From Candidatus Hydrogenedentota bacterium (GTDB taxonomy: Bacteria; Hydrogenedentota; Hydrogenedentia; Hydrogenedentales; SLHB01): a DNA stretch of 59,955 nucleotides. Made by a program: the position numbers and the translations under genes. Within the stretch, counting starts at the first letter, position 1. Every line of letters begins with the position of its first letter. A model generated the notes under the pieces. The model searched no databases, was not told where the DNA came from, and was given only the letters and a program-made list of their open reading frames with translations. The stretch is taken from positions 1 through 59,955 of the forward strand of contig JAWXCN010000012.1 in NCBI GenBank assembly GCA_034408725.1, in the 5' to 3' direction. Shown in pieces: positions 40,049 to 50,437 of this stretch.

Positions 40049-40101
40049 ACACCAACATGTCCGCACCGAGCGTCACAACTGCCGGGCCGCGCGCGCCCTC
40101 A

Positions 40102-41676
40102 CTAGTCGGACAATTCCGATCTCAGTGCCATCTTGTTCACCTTCCCGTTGGGCAATAGCGGAAGCATGGGGCGCACCTCAATCGTCTTCGGCACTTTAAA
40201 ATTTGCGAGATTCTCGCGGCAATGTGCGTGCAATGCGTCCACGGCAGGCTTCTGACCCGGGTGCGGCATGACGAAGGCATATCCTACTTCGTCAAACATT
40301 TCGTGACGCACGCCGATCACCGCGGCCATCAGGATGCCGGGAAATTTTTCGATCACATCCTCGACTTCGCGTGGGAACACATTCTCGCCCCCGGTCTTGT
40401 ACATCTCCGATTTACGCCCGGAAATGGTTATATACCCGCGCTCGTCCATTTTCGCGAGGTCGCCCGAATAGTACCATCCGTCCGCGTCGAGCACGGCTTC
40501 GGTTTGATCGGGCTTATTCCAGTATTCCTTCATGATCGTCTCGCCGCGCACGGCGATCTCACCGATCTCTCCGCGCGCAACCTCAAGGCGGTCCGCATCC
40601 ACGATCTTCACCTCGAATGGCGGCGCGGTTTTTCCAACCGTTGTGAAAAGCGTATCCAATGTATCTTCCGGCGCGCTGTAGGTCACGAACCCACACATCT
40701 CCGTTGCGCCGTATCCCGTCATCATGCGCGCGCCGTTTCGTTTGGCCAACCCCGCGACCACGTCCAACACGAGTTTCGGGGCCGTCGAGCCACCCCACAT
40801 GAAATTGGTGACACTGGAGAAATCGGTTTCGGGAAACGCGGGCAAGCCAAATTCCAACAGGAACATTGCGGGCACCTGGCCAAATAACGTAATGCGTTCT
40901 TCCTCGACGATCTTCAGTGTCTGTGCGGCGTCGAAGCGGTCCGTCATCACACAGGCGCCGCCGGCAAAAACGCAGGCATAACCGATTTCCGTTGCCGCAG
41001 CGACGTGATTTATCGGGAAATGCAGCAGGCATCGGATTTCTTCCGTCATCATCATGTGTTCACGCTGAACAGTGACGTATGAGAGGATGCTCCGGTGCGT
41101 ATGGACAACGCCCTTGGGTTTGCCGCTGGAGCCGGAGGTGTAGAGTAGCAGCGCGTTGTCGTCCGGCGAGAGTTCGGCGATGCGCGCCTGCAATGCGGCC
41201 TCCTGGTGAGGCCGCGGCGTAGAAACAAAGTCGTTGAAGTTCTCGAAGCCTTCGGGCGCTTCGCCGATGACCAATATCTTTTTGATCGATGGAAATTCGC
41301 GCGCAAGCGCCTCGATTTCGGGCGCGAGATCGCGGCCGAGGTATTCGCGCAACGCAATGAGCACCGACGGTTGGCAGTCGTCGATGATGTAGCGGAATTC
41401 CTGTAACGTGAATTTCGGCGACACGCCCAGCCACATCGCGCCGACCTTGTTCGCGGCCATGAAAGTGAAGAGGAATTCTGGGCGGGCCATCGCAATCATC
41501 GCGACCCGATCGCCCCGTTTCACACCTGCATCGAGAAAGGCGCGGGCCGTATCGTCCACCGCGTCGCGGAACTGCGCGTAGGTAACGCGCTGCTTCTCGA
41601 AAACGATGGCCTCTGCTTCGGGTTTCTGGTTGGCCCACTTCTCCACGAACTGCCACGTCAACTTCTGCTCGTCCAT
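40102..41676 (-). CDS. Acyl-CoA synthetase (class I adenylate-forming enzyme)
   Basis: YTSGSSGKPKG, GYGATE, YSGDL, GRKSEMYKTGGENVFPREVE, NGKV. Confidence 0.92.
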   Translation of the reverse strand: MDEQKLTWQFVEKWANQKPEAEAIVFEKQRVTYAQFRDAVDDTARAFLDAGVKRGDRVAMIAMARPEFLFTFMAANKVGAMWLGVSPKFTLQEFRYIIDDCQPSVLIALREYLGRDLAPEIEALAREFPSIKKILVIGEAPEGFENFNDFVSTPRPHQEAALQARIAELSPDDNALLLYTSGSSGKPKGVVHTHRSILSYVTVQREHMMMTEEIRCLLHFPINHVAAATEIGYACVFAGGACVMTDRFDAAQTLKIVEEERITLFGQVPAMFLLEFGLPAFPETDFSSVTNFMWGGSTAPKLVLDVVAGLAKRNGARMMTGYGATEMCGFVTYSAPEDTLDTLFTTVGKTAPPFEVKIVDADRLEVARGEIGEIAVRGETIMKEYWNKPDQTEAVLDADGWYYSGDLAKMDERGYITISGRKSEMYKTGGENVFPREVEDVIEKFPGILMAAVIGVRHEMFDEVGYAFVMPHPGQKPAVDALHAHCRENLANFKVPKTIEVRPMLPLLPNGKVNKMALRSELSD

Positions 41677-41695
41677 GAGACCGCCCTCTCGCTTG

Positions 41696-42574
41696 TCAGC
41701 TCGATACTTCGACAAACCCGTCGCTGATGGCGCGGCGTTTATCGCCATTGAGCACCTCGAAGAATATTCGCGTTGCGCCGTCGATCCGTTCTTTGCCCAA
41801 ACCTCGCACCATGATCTCTGTGCCTGGAATGACCATGCCGGTAAACTTGCATCCGAGCCGTCGCACGCCGCGCGGATCGCCGCCGGCCTCGCGATCAATC
41901 ACGTCACGCAATGCCATTGCGAGTGTACACGAGCCATGCAGGATAATGCCGGGCAAGCCCACCCATTTGGCAAAATGCTGTGAGGTGTGAATCGGATTGA
42001 AGATATTTGCGCAGCCATCGTAGACATGCGCGGCCATAGGGCCGATGGGAAGCGCGTTCTCCCAAAGCGGCGGGGCGTCGCTCTTCGATTTTGGCGTTTC
42101 CGGCGGCGGTTCGATGATGGTCCCCTTGTCAATGCAGCGCACGCCCCGGAGCAACGTACCTGCGTACTCGATGAACACGCGCGCGCCAGTTTCGTCGCGG
42201 GCCGTGCAGCGCACGATCATGTACGTGCCGCCCCGTTGAGGCACGATCATCGGAAGGTCGGCGGTGATGGTCAACTTGTCGCCGGGGCGAAGCGGGCGGT
42301 CGAACACAATTTGCTCGGTGTAGTGGACCTGGCGCACGAGCAACTCGAGTGGAAACTGTTTTTCGCCCCAGTACGTGCTCGCGCTTTCACCAAACGGCCA
42401 CGTTAATGCGACAGCCAACATTGGCGGCGCGATGATGCCTTCTTCCCGTTCGTCGTTGAAGTACCAGGGGTTGAAGTCGTTGATCGACGCCGCGTAGTTC
42501 ATGGCGTGCCGCCACGTGACTTCACAGTGGAGGGGTTTCGATACTGACCCCGCGTACGTTGAGGCGACTTCCAT
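41696..42574 (-). CDS. Double hot-dog MaoC family (R)-hydratase
   Basis: YAASIND.NP.Y and FNPIHTS..FA..VGLPGIILHG motifs. Confidence 0.82.
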   Translation of the reverse strand: MEVASTYAGSVSKPLHCEVTWRHAMNYAASINDFNPWYFNDEREEGIIAPPMLAVALTWPFGESASTYWGEKQFPLELLVRQVHYTEQIVFDRPLRPGDKLTITADLPMIVPQRGGTYMIVRCTARDETGARVFIEYAGTLLRGVRCIDKGTIIEPPPETPKSKSDAPPLWENALPIGPMAAHVYDGCANIFNPIHTSQHFAKWVGLPGIILHGSCTLAMALRDVIDREAGGDPRGVRRLGCKFTGMVIPGTEIMVRGLGKERIDGATRIFFEVLNGDKRRAISDGFVEVSS

Positions 42575-42632
42575 GCAATTTCTCCGTGGCGGATGCGGCG
42601 TATGGGACAAATAGGACGTATGCGAGCCAGAC

Positions 42633-43313
42633 TTACTTCTTGGGCTTCTCCGCCGGCTTCGCCCAGATGCGTACGTCGTCAATATTGCCGGTGTCGTCGA
42701 ACGAGCCGAAGCCGATGCTGCCATTCAGAAATGTCTTGTCGGTCGTTTTCATGACAGGCTTGTTCATGTCATCAAAGAAGACAATGATTGTTCCTTCCTT
42801 CGTGTCGCGTTCGATGCGGATGGTGTGGTAGCCGGCGCCCCAGTCCGTGCCGTCGGTACGTTCAGTCGCGATGGACACGCGCGGCGCCCCGTTCACGAGG
42901 AAGATCGAGTTTGCGTGCTCGTCTGCTTTCGTCGCGAGATGCACATAATAAAAATGGGCCGGGTCCTGGTAGCCGAAAAAGATGCACATGTCGCGGTGGC
43001 CATATTCACGCCCGGTTTGCTTCATGCGCGCTTCGAGCACGAAATCGGCGACATCAAGTTCCTTCACGCGCGCAATATTTTTTGGGGAGCGCACAGGCGG
43101 CTCGTAATTGCTTTGCTGATGCAAGGTATAAACTTTGTTCCCTTCGTCTTCGGTGATTTTCCATGCGGCGGGATCTGTTTGCGTCCACCTGTCAGCGCCC
43201 TTCTCGAAGTCTTCCGAGAGTAGAAGGGGCAGGCCGTTTGCTTCCCCTGGCGGATCGGCAAACGTTGCAGCCATAGCCAGAAGCGGAACGATGCATCGCA
43301 TAAAGCGGTTCAT
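42633..43313 (-). CDS. Secreted DUF1080/ConA-like beta-jellyroll protein
   Basis: Signal peptide; LLSEDFE, DFVLE, GSIGFGSFDDTGNIDDVRIW. Confidence 0.65.
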   Translation of the reverse strand: MNRFMRCIVPLLAMAATFADPPGEANGLPLLLSEDFEKGADRWTQTDPAAWKITEDEGNKVYTLHQQSNYEPPVRSPKNIARVKELDVADFVLEARMKQTGREYGHRDMCIFFGYQDPAHFYYVHLATKADEHANSIFLVNGAPRVSIATERTDGTDWGAGYHTIRIERDTKEGTIIVFFDDMNKPVMKTTDKTFLNGSIGFGSFDDTGNIDDVRIWAKPAEKPKK

Positions 43314-43439
43314 GGACAAAATCCCCTTGCGTTGAGAAGCAATTGCGTGGAGCGTGCGCATAATACGCGCCGGCGGTACCTGCCGCAAACGGAGGGCGGG
43401 TTCCACCGGCGGATTGCTTTCGTGTAGTGTTACCGGATT

Positions 43440-44450
43440 ATGCACAACGACCCAGTAGTTCGAAAGTATACGAGTGCGGGGCGCACCACGGTTTATAAAT
43501 TGCCCGTCGAAGCCTTCCCAAACCACATCACGAATTGTTACCTGGTGATGACGGATCCGGTCACACTGATCGACGCGGCGTCCGGCCAGGAATCATCGAA
43601 CGCATCTCTGCTCGATTGCTTCGCGCGGCTTCGCGCGGAATTCGGCGAGACCGTCGCGCTCGCCGACGTGAAACGCCTCATTCTCACGCACGGCCACATA
43701 GACCATTTCGGTGGACTGCATTTCGTCGTCGAGCAGAGTGGCGCGGAGATCGGGATTCACGAACTCGATATGAGTGTCGTGCGCTTCTTCAATGAGCGGC
43801 TCGTAGTCTCGTCGAAGAACCTGCAAATCTTTCTCGAACGCGCCGGCCTCACCCAGGAGAAGACCGGCAAGCTTCTTGCCATGAACAAATGGTCCAAAGA
43901 CCTGTTCCGCGCGCGGCCGGTGGATTTCACGTTCGACGAAGGCCCGCTGCCCAATTCGCCTTTCGGGCTGTACCACGCGCCGGGGCACTGTCCGGGCCAG
44001 GTATGCATTCAGCTCGATGACATCCTGTTTACCGCCGACCATGTGCTGTCGCACATCACGCCGAATCAGTCGCCGGAGTTCATCGTGCGCTACACGGGTC
44101 TCGGGCATTACATCGCCGCGCTCAAAAAGATCAAAACCATTCCGGGAATCAACATCGGGCTTGGCGGACACGAGCACGCCATAGATGACGTCGCGGGGCG
44201 CGTCGATGCGTCCATCGCGTTTCACGAAGGACGGCTGGAGAAAACTTTGAACCTGTGCGGGGAACCGAGAACGGTCGCGGAGGTTTCGCTTGAACTCTTT
44301 GGCGAACGAAAGGGCTACCATGTGCTGCTGGCGTTCCTCGAAACGGGCGCGCACATGGAATACCTGCACGAGCGCGGGCACCTCGCGGTCGTAAACGTCG
44401 AGGAAGTCGATGAGCAGCCCAACCCCGTATTGCAATACCAGAAACAGTGA
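43440..44450 (+). CDS. MBL-fold metallo-hydrolase with a C-terminal winged-helix-like region
   Basis: THGHIDH, PGHCPG, ADHVL, GGH. Confidence 0.85.
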   Translation: MHNDPVVRKYTSAGRTTVYKLPVEAFPNHITNCYLVMTDPVTLIDAASGQESSNASLLDCFARLRAEFGETVALADVKRLILTHGHIDHFGGLHFVVEQSGAEIGIHELDMSVVRFFNERLVVSSKNLQIFLERAGLTQEKTGKLLAMNKWSKDLFRARPVDFTFDEGPLPNSPFGLYHAPGHCPGQVCIQLDDILFTADHVLSHITPNQSPEFIVRYTGLGHYIAALKKIKTIPGINIGLGGHEHAIDDVAGRVDASIAFHEGRLEKTLNLCGEPRTVAEVSLELFGERKGYHVLLAFLETGAHMEYLHERGHLAVVNVEEVDEQPNPVLQYQKQ

Positions 44451-45451
44451 TGCTCATGGAACTGCTGCAACGGCTCGTCGCGTTATTAGGCCGATTCGGG
44501 TTTAACACTACGCGGATGAAATGGAAACTGTTTCAGCTCGAGAAACGCATGCAGAAACCGCGCATGGGCGCGCGTCTTCCCACGTCACTTCAATGGCTGG
44601 CGTATCCGCATAAGCGGTGCCGGCACTGCAACGGAATCGTGGACCGAAGCGCGCGCGTCTGCGAACATTGCGGAAAGCGGGTCCCCTCGATGTTGTGGTA
44701 TCGCATATCGCGTCTGATCGGTATTGCGGCGCCGAAAGGCTCGCCGGTTATGCTCGGCGCGTTTGTGCTCATCATGCTGATCAACTTCGCGTTAATGATC
44801 GCAATGCAAGGCATGTCAGTGTTGATGGGTCCGACGGGTGTGACCTTGAACGTATTCGGCGCGTGGAGCCCGCTGCTCGCGGTTGTTCACCATGAATATT
44901 GGCGCTATCTCGCATTCGGCATCGGCCATATCGGCGTGATTCATATCGGGTTCAACCTGTTCGCGCTTGCGCAGGTCGGGCCGCTTGTGGAAGAGCGCAT
45001 TGGCCCGTGGCGCATGCTGGTGCTGATTACCGTCACGCAACTCACCGCCGCCATCGCGTCGCACTATTACTATTACAACTACCGCAGCGAAATGATGGCC
45101 ATCACCGCGGGCGCGTCAGGCTGGTTGTTTGGCCTGATCGGGTACGGTATCGCGCACTTTCATCGCCAGACTGGCGTCTTGAAGGACTACCAACACCAAT
45201 TAATTAAATGGGGAATCTATTCTCTGATCTTTGGCTATATCATTGGCGCGAACAACGCCGCGCACGTCGGAGGCATGCTGGGAGGTCTGGCGTTGGGAAT
45301 TATTCCGGAACCGCGAAGGCACTCAGCGAAACTGGGCGAGGCGGTGTGGCGCGGCGTTGCCGGAATATCGGCGCTCCTGTGGATCGTTACTCTTGCCTAT
45401 CTGGCATATTCGATTGGAAATGGATGGACTCCCGGCGGCGGAGCTCGCTAG
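44447..45451 (+). CDS. Rhomboid intramembrane serine protease with an N-terminal zinc ribbon
   Basis: YWR, HIGFN, GASG, AHVGG; CRHC...CEHC. Confidence 0.9.
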   Translation: MMLMELLQRLVALLGRFGFNTTRMKWKLFQLEKRMQKPRMGARLPTSLQWLAYPHKRCRHCNGIVDRSARVCEHCGKRVPSMLWYRISRLIGIAAPKGSPVMLGAFVLIMLINFALMIAMQGMSVLMGPTGVTLNVFGAWSPLLAVVHHEYWRYLAFGIGHIGVIHIGFNLFALAQVGPLVEERIGPWRMLVLITVTQLTAAIASHYYYYNYRSEMMAITAGASGWLFGLIGYGIAHFHRQTGVLKDYQHQLIKWGIYSLIFGYIIGANNAAHVGGMLGGLALGIIPEPRRHSAKLGEAVWRGVAGISALLWIVTLAYLAYSIGNGWTPGGGAR

Positions 45452-45485
45452 AAGGCGCACGGCAATGCAAACTGGCCCCAGCCGG

Positions 45486-45494
45486 TGGTATACT
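45486..45494 (+). promoter_or_regulatory. Extended -10 element upstream of mcsA
   Basis: TGGTATACT 17 nt before the ATG at 45511. Confidence 0.4.
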
Positions 45495-45510
45495 TGCGGC
45501 GAGGAAAAAG

Positions 45511-46065
45511 ATGATGCTTTGCCAAAAATGCCATAAGACCCTTGCTACCATCCGGTATGCGGAAGTGGAAAGCGGCATTGTGTCCGAATTGCAATTGTGT
45601 GCAGATTGCATGACGAAATTGCAGGACGAAGCGACCTCCGGTTTCGAGTTGACCCGAGTCTCTCCCGCAAGGACGCGCGCGCGCGCCGCTGCCGCGCCCG
45701 GTGACGTCGTCAGCGAAAGAAAGGTGCCGACCCGCGTGTGCCGGGCCTGCGGCGCCGATCTTACAGAAGCGATTCAACATGGCAGAGTGGGATGCAGCGC
45801 ATGCTACGAAGCTCTGGGCGAAGCCCTCGACTCTCTGTTGCGCACGTTTCACGTTGGCCAGCGGCACCGCGGAAAAGTACCGCACGTAACTGATGAACGG
45901 CGCTTGATGGGCGCCGAGCTGCACAGTCTTCGCGCGTTGTTGCGCAGTACGTTGAAATCCGAAAATTACGAAGAAGCCGCCAGGCTCCGTGATCGTATTC
46001 GCACGTTGGAAGAATCCATGAACGTGCGGGAACCGGAGCGGGTCGGGTCTAACACCGGGAACTGA
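45511..46065 (+). CDS. mcsA: McsA-like activator (four CxxC motifs plus UVR domain)
   Basis: CQKC, CADC, CRAC, GCSACY, H.GK.P, ENYEEAARLRDRI. Confidence 0.88.
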   Translation: MMLCQKCHKTLATIRYAEVESGIVSELQLCADCMTKLQDEATSGFELTRVSPARTRARAAAAPGDVVSERKVPTRVCRACGADLTEAIQHGRVGCSACYEALGEALDSLLRTFHVGQRHRGKVPHVTDERRLMGAELHSLRALLRSTLKSENYEEAARLRDRIRTLEESMNVREPERVGSNTGN

Positions 46066-46068
46066 TCG

Positions 46069-47112
46069 ATGCAAAAAACGCTACTCGATAAGCCGGGCGC
46101 GTGGATTTCCAATGGAGGTCCTGAATCAGATTCCGTTGTGTGTACGCGCGGGACCCTCGCGCGAAATCTTGCTGATTTGCCGTTTCCAAGCCGGTGTTCT
46201 GAAGATGAAAAACGCGCCGTGCAGGAGCGCGTTTTGGTGGCAATCGAGACCGCGGGGCTGTTGGCGTCGGGTTCATATGTCACGCTGACGGAGTTGCACG
46301 TGCGCGAGTTGCGCATGCTCATTGAACGGCAACTGATTACACGGCAGTTAATCGAGAGCCGCGGACCGCGCGGCGTGTTTATCGCGAATGACCAGAGCTT
46401 CAGCATCATGGTGAACGAGCGCGATCACCTGCGCATCACCGCGGTTGCCGGGGGACTTCAACCCGACGAGGTGTTGCTCGCGCTCAACAACGTCGATGAC
46501 GCGCTTGCGTTGGCGCTGGATTTCGCCTATCACGAGAAGAGGGGTTATCTGACGTCGTCGCTCGACGAAGTGGGCACCGGGTTCAAGCTGACCGCGGTCC
46601 TGCATCTGCCGGCGCTGTCGAACAACAAACGCATTTTCGACGTCGAACAGAATGCCCGCGTCGACCATCACACGTTCGACGGTGTGTTCGACGGAATTAC
46701 AGACGCCCCCGGCGATCTGTACGCCCTCACCAATCGCGCCACACTGGGCCGGAGCGAAGGTGAAGTCGCGTTTCATCTGCGCGCGCTCGCAAACACCATT
46801 CTCCAGCAGGAACGCGAGGCGCGCGCGGCATTGAACGGTGACACGGTAATCACGCTTGCCGACCGGGTTGGCCGTGCGCTGGGAATTGCTCGCGGCGCGA
46901 GGTTGCTGGATTTTCGCGAGGGCTTGTCGCTCTTGTCGTCGTTGCGGCTTGGCATCGCGACGGGTCAGGTCGATGCGCTTCCCTATACCGGGATCGATGA
47001 AGTGCTGCTAACGGGCCAGCCTGCGCACCTCGAGTGCAAGGTGGGCGCGGTCTGTGACGATCTGACGCTAAGCATTGCGCGCGCGGACTTGTTCAGGAAA
47101 CGGTTCTCGTAA
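46069..47112 (+). CDS. mcsB: McsB-like protein-arginine kinase homolog with a degenerate active site
   Basis: LARNL..PFP, LIERQLI, MVNERDHLRI, GYLT..VGTG, HLPAL, LSSLRLG; follows mcsA. Confidence 0.8.
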   Translation: MQKTLLDKPGAWISNGGPESDSVVCTRGTLARNLADLPFPSRCSEDEKRAVQERVLVAIETAGLLASGSYVTLTELHVRELRMLIERQLITRQLIESRGPRGVFIANDQSFSIMVNERDHLRITAVAGGLQPDEVLLALNNVDDALALALDFAYHEKRGYLTSSLDEVGTGFKLTAVLHLPALSNNKRIFDVEQNARVDHHTFDGVFDGITDAPGDLYALTNRATLGRSEGEVAFHLRALANTILQQEREARAALNGDTVITLADRVGRALGIARGARLLDFREGLSLLSSLRLGIATGQVDALPYTGIDEVLLTGQPAHLECKVGAVCDDLTLSIARADLFRKRFS

Positions 47113-47260
47113 ACCGCGCCTCGTTCGCGGGTCACGGTCTCGACGCTGCATCGAATCTTCCCGTCTGCCTTCGTGCCCGCAGGCCAGTAATGCCAACTTC
47201 TGCGATTTATAGCGCGCCGTTTTGCAAAAAGCCGCGCCCATCGGCTACCCAGGTGCGCAA

Positions 47261-49291
47261 TCAGTTTTGGGAATGGGCGCCGGCGGCGGCGCTCACGGCA
47301 CGTTCGGCGAGGTCTTTGTAATACCGGTAGGTTTCCATCTGCGCCTGGTGCGAACCAGACCCGTTTACAACGTATTTATTGGATTGGAATTCATCCAACT
47401 CTCTCGCCTTATACGTGTCTGCGACCTGCAAGGCGACGACATCGACGACTTCCTGCATGAGATGGGGATCGTAAATGGGGAACGCCACTTCGACGCGCCA
47501 ATCCAGATTGCGTTCCATGAGATCGGACGAGCTCATAAAGACGCGACGGTCGTGGCCGCGTCCGAAAATGAAAATCCGCTGATGTTCGAGAAACCGATCC
47601 AGGATGGAAATGGCGCGTATGTTTGGATGCGGCAACATCGCATAGGTGGTGCGAACAATGAGGTGCATCTGGACGCCCGCGTCCGCGGCTTCCCGGATTT
47701 TCACGATGATCTTTTCATCGGTTAGATGGTTCACTTTCATGCACATATAACCGTCGGGCCCCTTGGCCTTTTCGCGCGCGATCAGTTTAGTGATCATTCT
47801 TCGCGTGGTAAACGGCGACACCATGAGATGCTTGAACTTCGGTTCGGACACGGTGTGCATTTTGGATGCGCGGTCCAGAAAATCAAAGACGCCCTCGGCC
47901 TCATCCGTCAGGCGCTTGTCCGCGGTGAACAGCATGCAATCCACGTAGAGCTTGCCGGTGGACTCGTTGAAATTGCCGGTCGAGAACCCCGCGATAGCGC
48001 CGCCCCGCCGTTTAATCAGCATCAATTTCGCGTGCGTCTTCATGGGTGGAAGACCATAGCAGACCTGCGCGCCGGCTTCCGTGAGAAACTCTGAAATCTG
48101 TATGTTGTGCTGTTCATCGAACCGCGCCTGCAATTCGATCGAAACGAAAATCCGCTTGCCGTTACGCGCCGCGTTCGCCAGCGCATTGACGATCTGGGAC
48201 CGTTGCGCGGCACGGTACATCGTCATCTTGATTTCTTCGACTTTGGGATCGATGGCCGCCTCCCGCAGCAGCCGCACGACATGATCGAACGACTGGTAGG
48301 GATACGTCACCATCACGTCCTGTTTGCGGATGATATCCATCATCGGCACGCGCTGGTTCCTGTCCAGTATGGGGTGCGGCACCGGGTTCACTTTCGGGTA
48401 AGCCAGGTCGGGACGGGGGTTCGGGAAACGTATGAGGTCTTTCATGTTGTGGTAGCGCCCGCCGGGAATCATGGTGTCATCCGCGATGATCTTGAGTTCC
48501 TTCTGTAGCACCTTGAGCAGACCCGGCGGCATCGTCGCGTCGTACACCAGGCGCGTGGGCCTTCCACCCTTGCGCTGTTTGAGCACACGCTCCATCTTGC
48601 GCACGTAGCCTTCGGAGAAATCGTTGTCGATATCGAGTTCGGCGTCGCGCGAAATCTTTATCTCGAAAGCTTCAATGCGCTCGTATTCGAAAATGTAAAA
48701 CACCTCGTCAAGCGCGTACCGGATAATATCGTCCACATACATGATGTTGGCGTTTGGCAGTTGGACAAATCGCGGCGCCTCCGGCGGGATTTCAAGAATG
48801 GCGTACCGCGTTTTTTCACCCCACATTTTCACGGCGAAATACACAGCGCCGTCTTTCAGGGTCGGGAATGGCTGGCCGTCTCGAATCAAAATAGGCACCA
48901 CAAAAGGCATTACATTGACGCGGAAATAGTCAGTAATCCAGTTGCGCAACTCGGACGATTGGTGCGCAAGGTCCTGTTCCGTGAGGATTTTTATGCCTTC
49001 GGTTTCGAGTACGGACACGATCTCCGCGTACGCCTCGCGGAACCGCTCGTCCAGCTCGCGCGTTTTGTCGCCAATGACCTCGAGGACTTCCGCCATGCCT
49101 TTCTTGCCCAATTCAAGCCGGCGGTGAATACTCGCGACGCGGACCTTAAAGAATTCGTCCATGTTGGAGGAAAAAATACCGAGGAACCGTAGCCGTTCCA
49201 TGAGCGGATTACGCTTGTCCTCGGCTTCCTGCAATACACGCTCATTAAACGACAAGGCGGAAATTTCGCGAATTTGGAATAGGTTGTTCAT
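47261..49291 (-). CDS. ppk1: Polyphosphate kinase 1
   Basis: FNERVLQEA, SSNMDEFFKVRV, ELQARFDE, KTHAK, TGNFNE, DRFLEH, RNLDWRVE. Confidence 0.95.
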   Translation of the reverse strand: MNNLFQIREISALSFNERVLQEAEDKRNPLMERLRFLGIFSSNMDEFFKVRVASIHRRLELGKKGMAEVLEVIGDKTRELDERFREAYAEIVSVLETEGIKILTEQDLAHQSSELRNWITDYFRVNVMPFVVPILIRDGQPFPTLKDGAVYFAVKMWGEKTRYAILEIPPEAPRFVQLPNANIMYVDDIIRYALDEVFYIFEYERIEAFEIKISRDAELDIDNDFSEGYVRKMERVLKQRKGGRPTRLVYDATMPPGLLKVLQKELKIIADDTMIPGGRYHNMKDLIRFPNPRPDLAYPKVNPVPHPILDRNQRVPMMDIIRKQDVMVTYPYQSFDHVVRLLREAAIDPKVEEIKMTMYRAAQRSQIVNALANAARNGKRIFVSIELQARFDEQHNIQISEFLTEAGAQVCYGLPPMKTHAKLMLIKRRGGAIAGFSTGNFNESTGKLYVDCMLFTADKRLTDEAEGVFDFLDRASKMHTVSEPKFKHLMVSPFTTRRMITKLIAREKAKGPDGYMCMKVNHLTDEKIIVKIREAADAGVQMHLIVRTTYAMLPHPNIRAISILDRFLEHQRIFIFGRGHDRRVFMSSSDLMERNLDWRVEVAFPIYDPHLMQEVVDVVALQVADTYKARELDEFQSNKYVVNGSGSHQAQMETYRYYKDLAERAVSAAAGAHSQN

Positions 49292-49543
49292 GGACGGTTT
49301 ACTATAGTTAATGAACGGCTCGCGGTGCAATTTGCGAAGGACAGCTGATGGACGGCGATTTTTACGCATTCGTCCACGGGAGGGCGGTCGTCCCCGACCG
49401 CTTTCACGGAGCGCCTCGGGCGAAAAACGGCACTATCGAGCTCGCTCCAAAGGCGCTACGCGCGAAAGCCATAGGGTTGTCCGATTGCATACCGGTGCGC
49501 GTTTCGGCAAACTTGGCGCGCCCTAAACCGATACGGTCCAACC

Positions 49544-50437
49544 ATGCATATACGATTTCTCCCGGTTCTACTGCTTGTATTGGGGATGGCGTGCCGTCCC
49601 GCGCCCTCCGAGAGCCCGCGGTTTGTCACGACCATCAACCCGTTGCGCGCTATCGTGTCTGAAATCGCCGGTGGCCGGGCGGAGGTCATCGCGCTGGTTT
49701 CGCCCGGGGCGTCGCCGCACACGTATGAGCCGCGGCCCTCGGACGCCGCGCATGCGCAATCGGCCCTGGCCCTGCTTTACGCGTCGGACGGGATCGACGC
49801 CTGGGCGGCGAAATTGCCGGCGAAAGAACGCATCGAGATGTGTTCGTTCGTGCCGGAGCCAATGCGATTGCCATGGATGGATACCGTTCACGCGGAGGGC
49901 CACGGAGACGATCACGGGCACGATCATGCCGCGTTTGACGGGCATTTCTGGTCTGATCCGCTTTCCGTGAAATCGATGCTTCCCGCATTGGTCGCCCGAA
50001 TGTCGGCATTGGACCCGGACGGCGCGCCGATATACGCCGAGAATGCCGCGCAGTTTGCGCTTGAACTGGATTCGCTCGATCAGGAAATGAAAACTATGTT
50101 TGCCGAGCTCGGCGGAAGACCAGTGCTTTTGTTTCATCCCTCGTGGAATTACTTTATGCACCGGTACGGGCTGGAGGTCGCAGGCATGATTGAACCGGAC
50201 CCAGGCAAAGAATCGACCGTGCGGTTCATTGAAGGTATCGTGCGCATCGCGCGCGAAGAAGGCGTGCGCGCCGTATTCACCGAACCGCAGTTGCCGCGGC
50301 GGCCCGCGGAGGTCGTTGCCGAGGCGGCGGGGTTGCCGTTGTTCGAACTCGATCCAAACGGCGGCGCGGAAGGCCGGCGCAGCTACCGCGAATTGATTCT
50401 ATACAACGCCACCCAACTGCAAAGCGCACTGAAATGA
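49544..50437 (+). CDS. znuA: Zn/Mn ABC transporter substrate-binding lipoprotein
   Basis: Lipobox LGMAC, SPHTYEP, His-rich loop, GHFW.DP, FHPSW.YF. Confidence 0.88.
   Translation: MHIRFLPVLLLVLGMACRPAPSESPRFVTTINPLRAIVSEIAGGRAEVIALVSPGASPHTYEPRPSDAAHAQSALALLYASDGIDAWAAKLPAKERIEMCSFVPEPMRLPWMDTVHAEGHGDDHGHDHAAFDGHFWSDPLSVKSMLPALVARMSALDPDGAPIYAENAAQFALELDSLDQEMKTMFAELGGRPVLLFHPSWNYFMHRYGLEVAGMIEPDPGKESTVRFIEGIVRIAREEGVRAVFTEPQLPRRPAEVVAEAAGLPLFELDPNGGAEGRRSYRELILYNATQLQSALK

Noticed and set aside
45452-45510. CtsR operator upstream of mcsA
   Set aside because: No GGTCAAA direct repeat is present
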